This document shows positions 17,566-26,693 of a DNA stretch of 64,000 nucleotides, one piece after another. The notes under the pieces were generated by a model. The model saw only the letters and a program-made list of their open reading frames with translations, had not been told where the DNA came from and made no database searches. The stretch's first letter is position 1. Each line of letters starts with the position of its first letter. The stretch covers positions 1,743,327-1,807,326 of the forward strand of contig CBDHEF010000002.1 in the NCBI GenBank assembly GCA_965261945.1. Reading direction: 5' to 3'. The DNA comes from Dehalococcoidia bacterium (GTDB taxonomy: Bacteria > Chloroflexota > Dehalococcoidia > Lucifugimonadales > UBA3495). The position numbers were made by a program, and so were the translations under genes.

Positions 17566-18206
17566 GGGGCGGTCTGCTCCGGGAAGCGCAGCCGGGCCTG
17601 GGCCACGGGAGCGAAGGAGCGGCGATGGATGTCGCAGGGGCCGATTTCCCGCAACCGCTCCAGGTGCAGCGCGGTGGCGTAGCCCTTGTGCCGGGCGAAA
17701 CCGTAGCCGGGGAAAGCGGTGTCGTATTCGCCCATCATGCGGTCACGGGTGACCTTGGCGATGTTTGAGGCGGCAGCGATGCTATAGCTGCGGCTGTCGC
17801 CCTTGACCACGGTATCGTAGGGATAGGCGCATTGTCGCACCGGGATGTAGTCCAGCAACAGGTGCGCGGGTTTGACGCTCAAAGCGTCCACGGCCAGCAT
17901 CATCGCCCGGAGCGCAGCGACGCCGATGCCGATGCGGTCAATTTCATCGTGGTCAACGAAGCCCACGGCCCAATCCAGGGCGTATTCCTGCACTGCCAGG
18001 CAGGCTCGCTCCCTTTGCGATTGGGTGAGGCGTTTGGAATCGTCCAGCAATCCCAGCCAGTGCTCATCGCCGGTCAGGTCCGGCGGCAGGATGACGGCGG
18101 CGGCCACCACCGGCCCGGCCAGCGGCCCGCGCCCGGCCTCATCGGCCCCGGCCACCGGCCTAGCCCCCCGGCACAGCAACTCACGTTCAAGGGAGAGATC
18201 AGGCAC
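17562..18206 (-). CDS. rnhB: ribonuclease HII
   Basis: AGADEAGRGPLAGPVVAAAV...DDSKRL...SIAAASNIAKV are RNase HII motifs. It overlaps the yraN start by 4 nt. Confidence 0.85.
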   Translation of the reverse strand: MPDLSLERELLCRGARPVAGADEAGRGPLAGPVVAAAVILPPDLTGDEHWLGLLDDSKRLTQSQRERACLAVQEYALDWAVGFVDHDEIDRIGIGVAALRAMMLAVDALSVKPAHLLLDYIPVRQCAYPYDTVVKGDSRSYSIAAASNIAKVTRDRMMGEYDTAFPGYGFARHKGYATALHLERLREIGPCDIHRRSFAPVAQARLRFPEQTAP

Positions 18207-18209
18207 CTT

Positions 18210-18602
18210 CTATCCCGCACCGTTACTCTGCGAAGCGTCCCCGTATAGGTGGAGTTGAAGCAGATTTTTCGCACCCCTGAGCATAACGCCGGTCACAGTC
18301 CTGCCATCCTTATCGAAAAAGACATCGAAAAAGACGACGCAGCCCGGGAACAGGTCCATCCCGCCCGGAGCGGACCTGCCGTTTCCCATCCAAAGCGTAT
18401 CGGCCCCTTCATCGTATTCAATTTCGCGGCAAAAGTGGCGGGGGCTATCAACTTCTTCTCGTGTCCGGTGCTGGACGGCATTCGCGCCCTCTTTGCGATT
18501 CGGTGAAATGGTCTCGGAATACGCCGACAAATCCCTATGCTCTTGACTCGGAGAGGGATTCAAGCTCTTGTCCGGTTGCGGTATAGGCATACGGCGGCTC
18601 AA
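18210..18602 (-). CDS. DUF2283-like small protein (start uncertain)
   Basis: The C-terminal part, IEYDEGADTLWM...VVFFD..DKDGRTVTGVMLRGA, resembles DUF2283. There is no canonical start just upstream of the domain, and the only ATGs overlap the mnmA 3' end by 56-68 nt. Confidence 0.35.
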   Translation of the reverse strand: MSRRMPIPQPDKSLNPSPSQEHRDLSAYSETISPNRKEGANAVQHRTREEVDSPRHFCREIEYDEGADTLWMGNGRSAPGGMDLFPGCVVFFDVFFDKDGRTVTGVMLRGAKNLLQLHLYGDASQSNGAG

Positions 18603-19677
18603 TGGCGCCGCCTCCCAGCAGGGTGTCGCCGTCGTAGAACACGGCCGCCTGACCGGGGGTTACGGCGCGCTGCGGCTCGCGGAAGCGCACCACCGCGCCG
18701 CCGGGCCGGGGATGCAGCGTCGCCGCCGTCTCGCAGGATTTGTATCGAATCTTGACCGAAACCAGCGTCCCCTCATCCGGCGCCTTCCCGCTCACGTAGT
18801 TGACACCCGTAATCCAAGTCTCCCCGGCGTACAGAGCGCTCTCCGGCCCGACCACCACGCGATTGCTGTCGGCCTCCAGGCGCACGACGTAACGCGGCTC
18901 ACCCGGCGTGTGCGGCAACCCCAGGCCCCGGCGCTGGCCGACGGTGAAGTATTCGATGCCTTGATGTGCGCCGACCACCGAACCGTCCAACTCCACAATC
19001 TCGCCGGGAACGCCGGCGGCCCGCTGGCGCAGGAACTCGCGGTAGTCGCCCAGTGGGATGAAGCAGATGTCCTGGCTGTCGGGCTTGCCGGCGGTAATCA
19101 GCCCGGCGTCCAGCGCCAACTGACGGATTTCTTCCTTGCGGTATCCGCCCACAGGAAACAGTGTGCGGGCCAACTGGGCCTGCGTCATGCCGAAGAGCAC
19201 ATAAGACTGGTCCTTGCCGTGGTCAGCGCCCTTCCTGAGTATCGCGTCGCCGCTGGTATGCTCAACGCGGGCGTAGTGGCCGGTGGCGACGTATTCCGCG
19301 CCCAGGGCATCAGCGCGGGCCATAAGCTGGCTGAACTTTATCTTGTCGTTGCAGGCAATGCAGGGATGCGGAGTGCGGCCGCGCCGGTACTCGGACACGA
19401 AATAGTCCATCACCTGGTCGTGGAACTCCCGCTCCATGTTCAGGACGTAGTGGGGGATGCCCAGACGGCGACAGACGGCTCGCGCATCCTCCACGTCGTC
19501 CAGCGTGCAGCAGCCCTGGTGGTCGGCGGGCAATTCGGCCTCGTCCAGGCTGTACAGCTTCAGGGTGACGCCCACGACGTCCCATCCTGCGCGATGCAGC
19601 AACAGCGCGGCAACAGAGGAATCGACCCCCCCGCTCATGGCGACTACAACCCTACCCGGCGCGAAACGCTCATTCAT
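18535..19677 (-). CDS. mnmA: tRNA 2-thiouridine(34) synthase MnmA
   Basis: VVVAMSGGVDSSVAALLL PP-loop, plus CCTLDD, TPHPCIACN and ATGHYAR. Track ORF trimmed to ATG 19677. Confidence 0.9.
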   Translation of the reverse strand: MNERFAPGRVVVAMSGGVDSSVAALLLHRAGWDVVGVTLKLYSLDEAELPADHQGCCTLDDVEDARAVCRRLGIPHYVLNMEREFHDQVMDYFVSEYRRGRTPHPCIACNDKIKFSQLMARADALGAEYVATGHYARVEHTSGDAILRKGADHGKDQSYVLFGMTQAQLARTLFPVGGYRKEEIRQLALDAGLITAGKPDSQDICFIPLGDYREFLRQRAAGVPGEIVELDGSVVGAHQGIEYFTVGQRRGLGLPHTPGEPRYVVRLEADSNRVVVGPESALYAGETWITGVNYVSGKAPDEGTLVSVKIRYKSCETAATLHPRPGGAVVRFREPQRAVTPGQAAVFYDGDTLLGGGAIEPPYAYTATGQELESLSESRA

Positions 19678-19889
19678 AACGGCAATCCACCTCGAATTCA
19701 GCCTAGCACATTGCCGCCAAACGGCACAACCGGAGCGGAGCGGCCACCCGCGACGATTGCGAAGTCTCATTCGGCTGAATTCCGGCTGAATTTTTTCTGA
19801 ATCAGGATTCGCAGGATTTTGAGACTTTCAGGATATTCCTCAATCCTGCTCATCCTTCCTGCTCATCCTTTAATCCTGTGAATCTTGAT

Positions 19890-21737
19890 TCAGACAGAGA
19901 CTTTGCAATCGTCCTGAGCGTCCACCGTAGACCACTGTTCTGAAATAAGTTTTCCTGCCTCACTTTTCGGAGCGCCGGAGAGGGATTCGCAGGCTATGCC
20001 GTCGCCGTTGCCGTCGAGACGATGTGGGTCTTCCTCCGGGCCGCCGGCGGCCAGGTAGAAATTCTGGGCATCCCACCATGATGAGAAGTGGCCGCAGTTC
20101 CGGTCGGGGCCGTGGGGGTCAAAAGGCAGGCCGGAGTATGCCGCCTCGGGGGTAGGCTTCGGGGTAGACTTCGGGATGGGCGTGGCAGACTGAGCAGGCG
20201 TTGGCGTCGAGGCTTCTTCAGGCGCTCCGGGGAGCGACTGGCAGGCCACGCCGTCGCCATCCCTGTCCAAGCTGTGCGAGTCGGCGTCGGGGCCTCCCCC
20301 GGACAGAAAGAAGTCCTGAGCCTCCTGCCAGTCGGAGAAGTCACCGCAGTCCCGGTCCATAAATGCGTCTTCCGGTGGCGACGTTGGTTCCGGCGTAGGA
20401 GTGGGGGCAGGCGTGGCAGTCGGGGTCGGTGCAGATGTTGGGGCAGGGGTTGCAGTAGGGGTCGGCACTGATGTTGGAGCGGGCGTGGCAAGCGCCGTCC
20501 GGGAGGCTTCCTCCTGCTGTGGGGTGGGTTCCGGTGTGGGCGCTGATGTGGGTGTTGCGGTCGGGACAGGGGTTGGCGTTGGCGTGATGGTCGGCGTGGG
20601 GGTTGGCGGCGGCTCGCAGTTCGGTTCGCCGGAAGCGCCGAGGGGACAGTCGGCGCCATTCTCATCCGAGGGACCGGCGCCGACGGCGGCATAGAGCGCT
20701 GTTGCGCTGTCCGGCGTTGGCGATGCCCGGGCCGACGGCCCGCCGGGCAGGGATTCGCAGGGCTCGCCGTCTCCGTTGACATCCAGGTTGTGCGGGTCAT
20801 TGTCGGGGCCTCCGGCAGCCAGGAAGAAAGCCAGCGCCTCGTCGTAGGTTTCTAAATCCGCGCAGTTGCGGTCCGGGCCGAAGGGGTCGTAGCGCAACCC
20901 GGCCGGCGGGGTGGGCGGGATAGTTGCGGTGGGGACGGATGGAGCGGCCCCCTGGGTGGGTTGCAGCAACACCGGCATGGCGCAGATGGCCAGCATATTG
21001 GACAGCGCCGCATATTCGGCCTCGGTGACGCTCAGTCCCCAGTCGCGTTTGATCGTGGCCCAATCGGTGGCGTAGGAGCACCAGTAGCTTTCCAATGGCG
21101 GACGCCACTTCTCGGGGCCTTTTGACCCCTTGGAGCGGTTGGCCGAACTGGTGGTCGCGATCAGGTGGTTCTCGTAGCCCAGGTGGTTGGCGAATTCCCG
21201 CTTGCGCACCCGGTCCCAAGCCCATGCGCCGGAGCGATGCGCATTTGCCAGCGGCACCATGTGGTCAATGTCCAATTCGCCGGGGCTGCTGACGGCCTCG
21301 CCCGTGTAAGGCCCCACCCAGCTCCCGGCGTTCACCCGGCACTGTTCATCGGACTGAAAGGTCACTTCAATACTGGACTCGGCGATCAATGCTTCCTGCC
21401 TTGCGTTCCGGCAGTCGCCGTCCTCATCGGTCCAATGGCGCCACTCATCGCGGTCGTAATCCGGCAGGTCGGCCGGAACCGGAGCAACGGAAATCCGCAG
21501 CACGACTCCGGAGGCAGAGGGAGCGCTGGCAGTAATCGGGTAGGTCGGCGAAACCGCAATCTCGGTTGTCGCAGCGGGCGGCGCAATGGTGGGAGACGCG
21601 GCAGTGGGAGTCTCAGGGACAGGCGTAGATGTCCCGGGGAATTCGTCTGCAAAATCGCAGCCCGCCGCCGCCGCAAGCAAGATAAGGACCGAAAGTAGCG
21701 CGAGCAGTGAAGCCCAAAGCGATACCGGGACTCCCAT
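19890..21737 (-). CDS. secreted lipoprotein nuclease: DUF1524/HNH-type domain plus three Excalibur Ca-binding domains with Pro/Thr-rich linkers
   Basis: Signal peptide and lipobox: MGVPVSLWASLLALLSVLILLAAAAGC. Nuclease motif: DIDHMVPLANAHRSGAW...NHLIATTSSANRSKGSKGPEKW. Three repeats of DRNC..F....A..F....GGP..D.H.LD.(N/D)GDG.(A/P)C(E/Q). Track ORF 19890..22412 trimmed to ATG 21737. Confidence 0.7.
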   Translation of the reverse strand: MGVPVSLWASLLALLSVLILLAAAAGCDFADEFPGTSTPVPETPTAASPTIAPPAATTEIAVSPTYPITASAPSASGVVLRISVAPVPADLPDYDRDEWRHWTDEDGDCRNARQEALIAESSIEVTFQSDEQCRVNAGSWVGPYTGEAVSSPGELDIDHMVPLANAHRSGAWAWDRVRKREFANHLGYENHLIATTSSANRSKGSKGPEKWRPPLESYWCSYATDWATIKRDWGLSVTEAEYAALSNMLAICAMPVLLQPTQGAAPSVPTATIPPTPPAGLRYDPFGPDRNCADLETYDEALAFFLAAGGPDNDPHNLDVNGDGEPCESLPGGPSARASPTPDSATALYAAVGAGPSDENGADCPLGASGEPNCEPPPTPTPTITPTPTPVPTATPTSAPTPEPTPQQEEASRTALATPAPTSVPTPTATPAPTSAPTPTATPAPTPTPEPTSPPEDAFMDRDCGDFSDWQEAQDFFLSGGGPDADSHSLDRDGDGVACQSLPGAPEEASTPTPAQSATPIPKSTPKPTPEAAYSGLPFDPHGPDRNCGHFSSWWDAQNFYLAAGGPEEDPHRLDGNGDGIACESLSGAPKSEAGKLISEQWSTVDAQDDCKVSV

Positions 21738-22009
21738 TGAGCCTTGCGGCGCCACCCTCCTGCGAGGGGACAGCCCGCAAGCCCTGGCGTAAACTGTCGC
21801 AACTGTCGCTTTTGCCCTGTTGACCAGCAACCCTGAAACCTCGACGCCCGATAAAGGCCGGTTCAGCGGATACGCATTATATAGGCTAATTTTCTGATGT
21901 AAAGTTGCCGTCGGCGTTTCGGCCCGTTTCAGCCCCGGGTTGAGGCGGGCAGTTGGGCGGCGTATGCTGTTGTCCGGTAATTCTTGATGCAACAGGAACT
22001 TTCGAAGCA

Positions 22010-22921
22010 ATGACCAGAGAATCGGGTTTCGGCGAGGGACAGTCATTTTGTGGAAACTGCGGGGCCGTCGTGGAACCGGGCAGCCGGGCCTGCGGCGTCT
22101 GCGGGCAGCCGGTGGCGGAGGCAGACGCGCCGACGGATCCGCCGCCACGGGACTACATCCCCTACTGCCGCAGCTGCGGCGTGGGCGTGGCGTGGGGAAC
22201 CGGTCATACCTGCCAGCGATGCGGTGTGGCTCCCCTTTGCGCGTTGCATTTCCGGGCTGCCGACGGCCTGTGCCTGGACTGCGCCAACGCCCCCGCCTAC
22301 ACGGGAGGCGCGGCCGCCACGGGCGGGCTGGGCTGCGGGGCCTGTGGCGCGGCTGTCTCGCCCGACGCCGACTTCTGCCCCAACTGCGGACGGGCCGTGG
22401 CGCTCGCCCCATCCGCTCCCTCCGCTCCTTACGAAGGGGTGGAATACATGGGGTTCTGGATTCGCGCCGGGGCCTTCCTGATTGACTGGATTGCTGCCTA
22501 CCTCGTCGCGGCCATTCTTGCTGCCGTCATCGGAATCTCACTGACATCCGGCGACGCTGACCCCGCTGCCATGGAAGACATTACCATTGCCCTTGAAAAC
22601 ATCAATTACAGCTTTCTGCTGATGTTCTGGGGGTTGTCGGTAGCGCACTCGGTGCTGCTCACGGGGCTTAGAGGGCAGACCCTGGGCAAAATGCTGCTGC
22701 GGATTCAGGTTGTGGACGCCAACGGCAACGTGCCGCCGTGGCAGCGAGTGGTGGTGCGTGAGATGGTCCGCGCGGTGGTATTGCTGGCGCTGTTTCCGCT
22801 GGGTTTCATCTACATCTGGGTGGGGTTCGACGCGCGAAAACGCGGCCCGCATGACCACCTTGGAAGCTGTTATGTAGTCCGCAAGCAGCGGGGCGCCCGC
22901 CCGCCGGGCGGCATATTCTAA
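22010..22921 (+). CDS. RDD-family membrane protein with N-terminal zinc-ribbon repeats
   Basis: Several CxxC...CxxC ribbons (CGNCG..CGVCG, CRSCG..CQRCG, CGACG..CPNCG), then an RDD domain (WIRAGAFLIDWI...GQTLGKMLLRI...RGPHDHL). Confidence 0.7.
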   Translation: MTRESGFGEGQSFCGNCGAVVEPGSRACGVCGQPVAEADAPTDPPPRDYIPYCRSCGVGVAWGTGHTCQRCGVAPLCALHFRAADGLCLDCANAPAYTGGAAATGGLGCGACGAAVSPDADFCPNCGRAVALAPSAPSAPYEGVEYMGFWIRAGAFLIDWIAAYLVAAILAAVIGISLTSGDADPAAMEDITIALENINYSFLLMFWGLSVAHSVLLTGLRGQTLGKMLLRIQVVDANGNVPPWQRVVVREMVRAVVLLALFPLGFIYIWVGFDARKRGPHDHLGSCYVVRKQRGARPPGGIF

Positions 22922-22987
22922 ACCAAAGCCAATGTGGGATGTACATTTTGCGGACAGCCATTCGCAGTCAGGGTTCGCGCCTCGACC

Positions 22988-23016
22988 GTAGGGGCGGGTT
23001 TCAAACCCGCCCCTAC
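22988..23016. repeat. perfect GC-rich hairpin (12-bp stem, 5-nt loop)
   Basis: GTAGGGGCGGGT-TTCAA-ACCCGCCCCTAC. There is no T-run after it, so it is more REP-like than a classical terminator. Confidence 0.7.
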
Positions 23017-23183
23017 CAGTGGACCGCCCGTGCGCCGGCGAGTCCACCTGCAATGAAACGCTACCTGGCATAAATGCGCATTTCACCTTGGATTTGGTCT
23101 AGTTAGCAGACCCCGGGGCATCTGCTACACTGGCCGGAGAAACACCGAAATTTCACGGTGCTGAGTTCACGACGCCGGAGGGC

Positions 23184-24143
23184 ATGATGCCAGTCACTTT
23201 CGGAACTTCCGTACCCACTCGCGGCGCGCTCGCCGGCCCGGATGAGATGCGCACACTGGCGCAGCGGGCCGACGACCTGGGCTATGACCATATCTGGGTC
23301 AGCGACCATGTCATCCTGCCGAGGGAGGTCAGTTCCTTCTATCCCTACGCCTCCGACGGCGTCGCGACCTTTGTTCCCGATCAGCCCTATTTCGAGCCGC
23401 TGGCGGCCCTGAACTTCCTGGCAGGCTGCACCCAGAACGTGCGGCTGGGAACCCACGTCCTGATCCTGCCCTACCGCAACCCGGTGCTCGCCGCCAAGAT
23501 GCTGTCCACGCTGGACGTACTGTCCGGCGGGCGGCTGATTCTGGGCGCCGGAGTGGGCTGGATGGAGGAGGAGTTCGAGGCGCTGGGGCTGGACACCTAC
23601 GCCCAACGCGGCGCGGTCACCGACGAGTTCATCGAACTGTACAAGGAGCTGTGGACGAAGGATAACCCGTCCTTTGACGGCGAGTTCTATCAGATCTCCG
23701 GCAGCGGGTTCTCGCCCAAACCGGTGCAGAAGCCGCATCCGCCCATCTGGATTGGCGGGCACACCGGCCCGGCCATCCGCCGCGCGGCACGGCATGGCGA
23801 CGGCTGGATGCCCATCGGTCTGCGCCCCCCCGCCATCCTGGAGCCGGAGGAGCTGTCCGGCCTGGTAGCCCGCCTGCGCCGCCTGACGGTTCAAGCCGGG
23901 CGCGACGAGAACGCTGTTGACCTGACCTTCAGCACCGACGTGCGCTTCAACAACTCCGCCGACGGCTCCCGCCCGTGGATGAACGGCCGCCCGGAGCAGA
24001 TTGCCGCCGACCTGCGGCAGTACATGGACATTGGCGTATCCAATTTCATCATCAGCTTCCCCGCCGGCGACAGCGTGGCTTCAATACAGGAGAACATGGA
24101 GCAGTTCTCGCGGGAAGTGGCGCCCCTCATCCCTCAGGACTAA
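23184..24143 (+). CDS. LLM-class F420-dependent oxidoreductase
   Basis: LGYDHIWVSDHV...LSTLDVLSGGRLILGAGVGW...HPPIWIGG are luciferase-like/F420 family signatures. Confidence 0.85.
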   Translation: MMPVTFGTSVPTRGALAGPDEMRTLAQRADDLGYDHIWVSDHVILPREVSSFYPYASDGVATFVPDQPYFEPLAALNFLAGCTQNVRLGTHVLILPYRNPVLAAKMLSTLDVLSGGRLILGAGVGWMEEEFEALGLDTYAQRGAVTDEFIELYKELWTKDNPSFDGEFYQISGSGFSPKPVQKPHPPIWIGGHTGPAIRRAARHGDGWMPIGLRPPAILEPEELSGLVARLRRLTVQAGRDENAVDLTFSTDVRFNNSADGSRPWMNGRPEQIAADLRQYMDIGVSNFIISFPAGDSVASIQENMEQFSREVAPLIPQD

Positions 24144-24155
24144 GACCAGTTTTCG

Positions 24156-24240
24156 ACGCAATAGCGCAGAGACGCAATGGCGCAAAGGTTAACAATAATT
24201 ACTTTGCGCCTTTGCGCCTTTGCGCCATTGCGCCATTGCG
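24156..24240. repeat. imperfect palindrome built from 8-bp-period CGCAA / TTGCG units around an AT-rich centre
   Basis: The left arm is ACGCAATA GCGCAGAG ACGCAATG GCGCAAAG. The centre is GTTAACAATAATTAC. The right arm is (TTTGCGCC)x3, ATTGCGCC, ATTGCG, immediately followed by TATAAT at 24241-24246. Confidence 0.7.
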
Positions 24241-24267
24241 TATAATCCCATCCTGGGAGGCAGTGAA

Positions 24268-25156
24268 GTGTCGCTGCGGAGCAATCTCAGAGTGAGAATT
24301 AGCGCCGGGGAGCAGATTGTCGCGCCAGGGGCATACGACCCCATTCCGGCGCGGCTGGTGCAGTCTCTGGGATCCTGCGCCTGCTATTGCGGCGGCTACA
24401 TTCCCGGCGCACACCTGGCGGTAACCGAGCCGCTGATGACCCTGACCGAGCAGTTCCCGGTTGCAGAAAAGGTGGTGCGGGCGGCGCCGCTGCCGGTAAT
24501 CTGCGACGCCGATGCTGGTTACGGTGAGCCGGTGCACACGATGCACACGGTGCGTTCCTTTGAGAGGGCGGGAGTGGCAGGCATCCACATCGAAGATCAG
24601 TTCTTCCCCAAGCGGGCCTCGTACCACGCCGGGCTGGAGCGCGTCATACCCATGGAGGACTTTCTCCAGAAGCTAGGCTGCGCTCTGCGGGCCGCACCGT
24701 CCCCGACTTCCTGATTGTGGGACGCACCGACGCCTTCACCGCGGTGGAGGGCGACATGAACGAGGCCATCCGCCGGGGCAACGCCCTCGAGGACCTGGGC
24801 GTGGACCTGGTAATGCCCCGGGGCGTCCGCAGCAGGGAGGACCTAGTCCACCTTCCGCCTGGGCGTGCCGGACGTGCCGCTGATGGTTATCGCCGGGGCC
24901 GACGACATCACGGTGGAGGAATACCGCGACCTGGGCTGCCAGTTCCTCATCTACGCCACGTCGTCCATCATCGCGGCGGTGGGCGGCATTCGCCGGCATC
25001 TGCGAGAGCCTGCGCGACACGGGCCACATCGGCATCAACGCGCCGCAGGTGGCCGGGATGCGCGCCGGGGTGGAGGCTCTGATCAGCCTGCCGGAGTACC
25101 AGCAGGTGGAGGCCGAGACCACCGAGCGCGAGTTCCAGGACCGCCCGCGGCATTAG
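24268..25156 (+). pseudogene. PEP mutase / isocitrate lyase family gene disrupted by several frameshifts
   Basis: The homologous reading continues across three frames: PVICDADAGYGEP...GIHIEDQFFPKRASYHAG (ORF 24220..24714), GRTDAFTAVEGDMNEAIRRGNALEDLGVDLV (24717..) and PDVPLMVIAGADDITVEEYRDLGCQFLIYATSSIIAAVGGI (24865..). A further shift leads to the stop at 25154-25156. Confidence 0.7.
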
Positions 25157-25210
25157 GGAATTCTCTGAGCGCCGAGGGAACTCGCACCTTACTTGTCGAA
25201 AGGGTACAGG

Positions 25211-26482
25211 ATGGATAGAAGCAACGCGCCATCAGGCGCTTCACGTCCAGAGCCGTGGCTGGGAAGATTGTTGATTATCTCCCTCTTGATAATGTTGAAT
25301 CTGCCGGCAGTCTTAACAGGCGCTACCGGAATGGACCAGTACGGTTTCTTTACCCTTGAGCCGGTGGCGGCCCGGCCTTACCCGCTGGCGCTTTCTCTCG
25401 CCCTGAGCACATTCTCCGCCGGAGCGGGTTATCTGGCCTACCGGCTGTTGCAAAGGCGGGCTTGGTTCGCAGGCAACAGATATGAGGTTTACCATCGCAA
25501 CGCAGTAATCTTTGGGGCGCCGGTCGCCATTGCTTTCCTCCCGGCGTTCTTTCTTACCGGCTATGGCAATAAACCCCTCGTGCTGGGTGTGGCCGGAATT
25601 ATGGCGGCTTCGCTGTGCCTCATCGCTGCCCTCAACGACCGCAAAATGCGGCTTGACCCCGCAATGGCCCGCCTCTGGTTCGCCGTCTTCACCGCCCTCA
25701 TCCTGGTATTGCTGACGCTGTCGGTGTCGGGAATGTTGGTAATGTATTTCGTTGAGCACTTGCCTTCCGGCGGCAACTTCTTCTGGACTTGGGAGTTCTC
25801 CTGGAGCGATCTCGGATACCCGGCGGAAGAGTTCAGCCAGCGTCATCGAAGCGGGCTGCTGGCTTATGGCATCGCAGGAACCTGCTATATGACCGTGGCC
25901 CTGGGCGGCTCTTTGTTGGGAGCAGTCCTGAGATGGGCCAAGCCCGGCGAAGAAGAGAAGGCCGGGCATACGGCGGAGGAAGAGGCAGCGCCGCTTCCCG
26001 CGGAGCGGCTCCAGGACTGGCTGGACAGCGGGCAAGCGACGCCCGAAGACCAGTCGGCCTTCCTGGCGGCGCTGAACGGAGAGGTAGTAGCTGACATAAG
26101 CCAAATCCAGTACGAGGAGTTACTCGCCAACAAAGAGTTCCTTCTCCCCGACGCCAGGCTGCTGGTGGATAAAGCGTCGGGAACCGCCTTCGCCAAGACC
26201 GGCGGCAAGTGGAAGAAGATTCCCTTCCGGGGAAGGCGCAAGGGGCCGTTCTTGTTGCTGTGCGTTTACGCCCGCTATCCGGGAAAGCGCTTTACCCCCA
26301 GGGAGCTGGAAGTCCTGCTGGAGGCCGGCCGGGAAGACCGGGAAGGGTTTAACGTCAGCGACATCTTCACTCAGTTGCGGAGGAAGGCGCCCCTGATTCC
26401 TGTGCAGCGGGACTCCGACGGCACATTCATCCCGGAAACGGTCAATGTCTGCTTCCTGGACCACCAGCAGCCCTCCCCTTGA
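25211..26482 (+). CDS. polytopic membrane protein with C-terminal OmpR/PhoB-like winged-helix domain
   Basis: The N-terminal half has about 6 hydrophobic helices. The C-terminus, FTPRELEVLLEAGRED..FNVSDIFTQLRRKAP..IPVQRDSDGTFIP, resembles the trans_reg_C wHTH pattern (motif recall only). Confidence 0.45.
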   Translation: MDRSNAPSGASRPEPWLGRLLIISLLIMLNLPAVLTGATGMDQYGFFTLEPVAARPYPLALSLALSTFSAGAGYLAYRLLQRRAWFAGNRYEVYHRNAVIFGAPVAIAFLPAFFLTGYGNKPLVLGVAGIMAASLCLIAALNDRKMRLDPAMARLWFAVFTALILVLLTLSVSGMLVMYFVEHLPSGGNFFWTWEFSWSDLGYPAEEFSQRHRSGLLAYGIAGTCYMTVALGGSLLGAVLRWAKPGEEEKAGHTAEEEAAPLPAERLQDWLDSGQATPEDQSAFLAALNGEVVADISQIQYEELLANKEFLLPDARLLVDKASGTAFAKTGGKWKKIPFRGRRKGPFLLLCVYARYPGKRFTPRELEVLLEAGREDREGFNVSDIFTQLRRKAPLIPVQRDSDGTFIPETVNVCFLDHQQPSP

Positions 26483-26581
26483 ACCACGAACGGAACCGGC
26501 CCTGCCGGGGAGTCACCCTCCGGCTACACAACCGGACCGGAAGAGCCTGATTCTCCGCCTTCTCAAAGCTGAATCCGCAAT

Positions 26582-26614
26582 TCATAGCTATATCATAGCT
26601 ATATCATAGCTATA
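26582..26614. promoter_or_regulatory. three tandem 11-bp units each containing the palindrome ATAGCTAT (putative operator array)
   Basis: TCATAGCTATA x3, perfect. The units are spaced one helical turn apart, in the spacer between the wHTH membrane protein gene and the next gene. Confidence 0.45.
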
Positions 26615-26693
26615 TCCTAACTATTTTAGGGTTTACATTCGGAGTCTGCGGCTACTATGCTGGAACAATTCACAGCATTCAGAGAGGTATCCA

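Noticed and set aside
18568-19800. 410-aa plus-strand ORF opposite mnmA
   Set aside because: It is antisense to a gene with unambiguous MnmA motifs. The translation is R/A/G-rich.
21738-22412. 225-codon N-terminal extension of the nuclease ORF (19890..22412)
   Set aside because: The extension is extremely Arg/Pro-rich and overlaps the divergent RDD gene region. A perfect lipoprotein signal peptide starts at ATG 21737.
22988-23016. GC-rich 12-bp-stem hairpin as a classical intrinsic terminator
   Set aside because: It lacks a downstream T-tract and sits 67 nt after the RDD stop. It is recorded as a REP-like hairpin instead.
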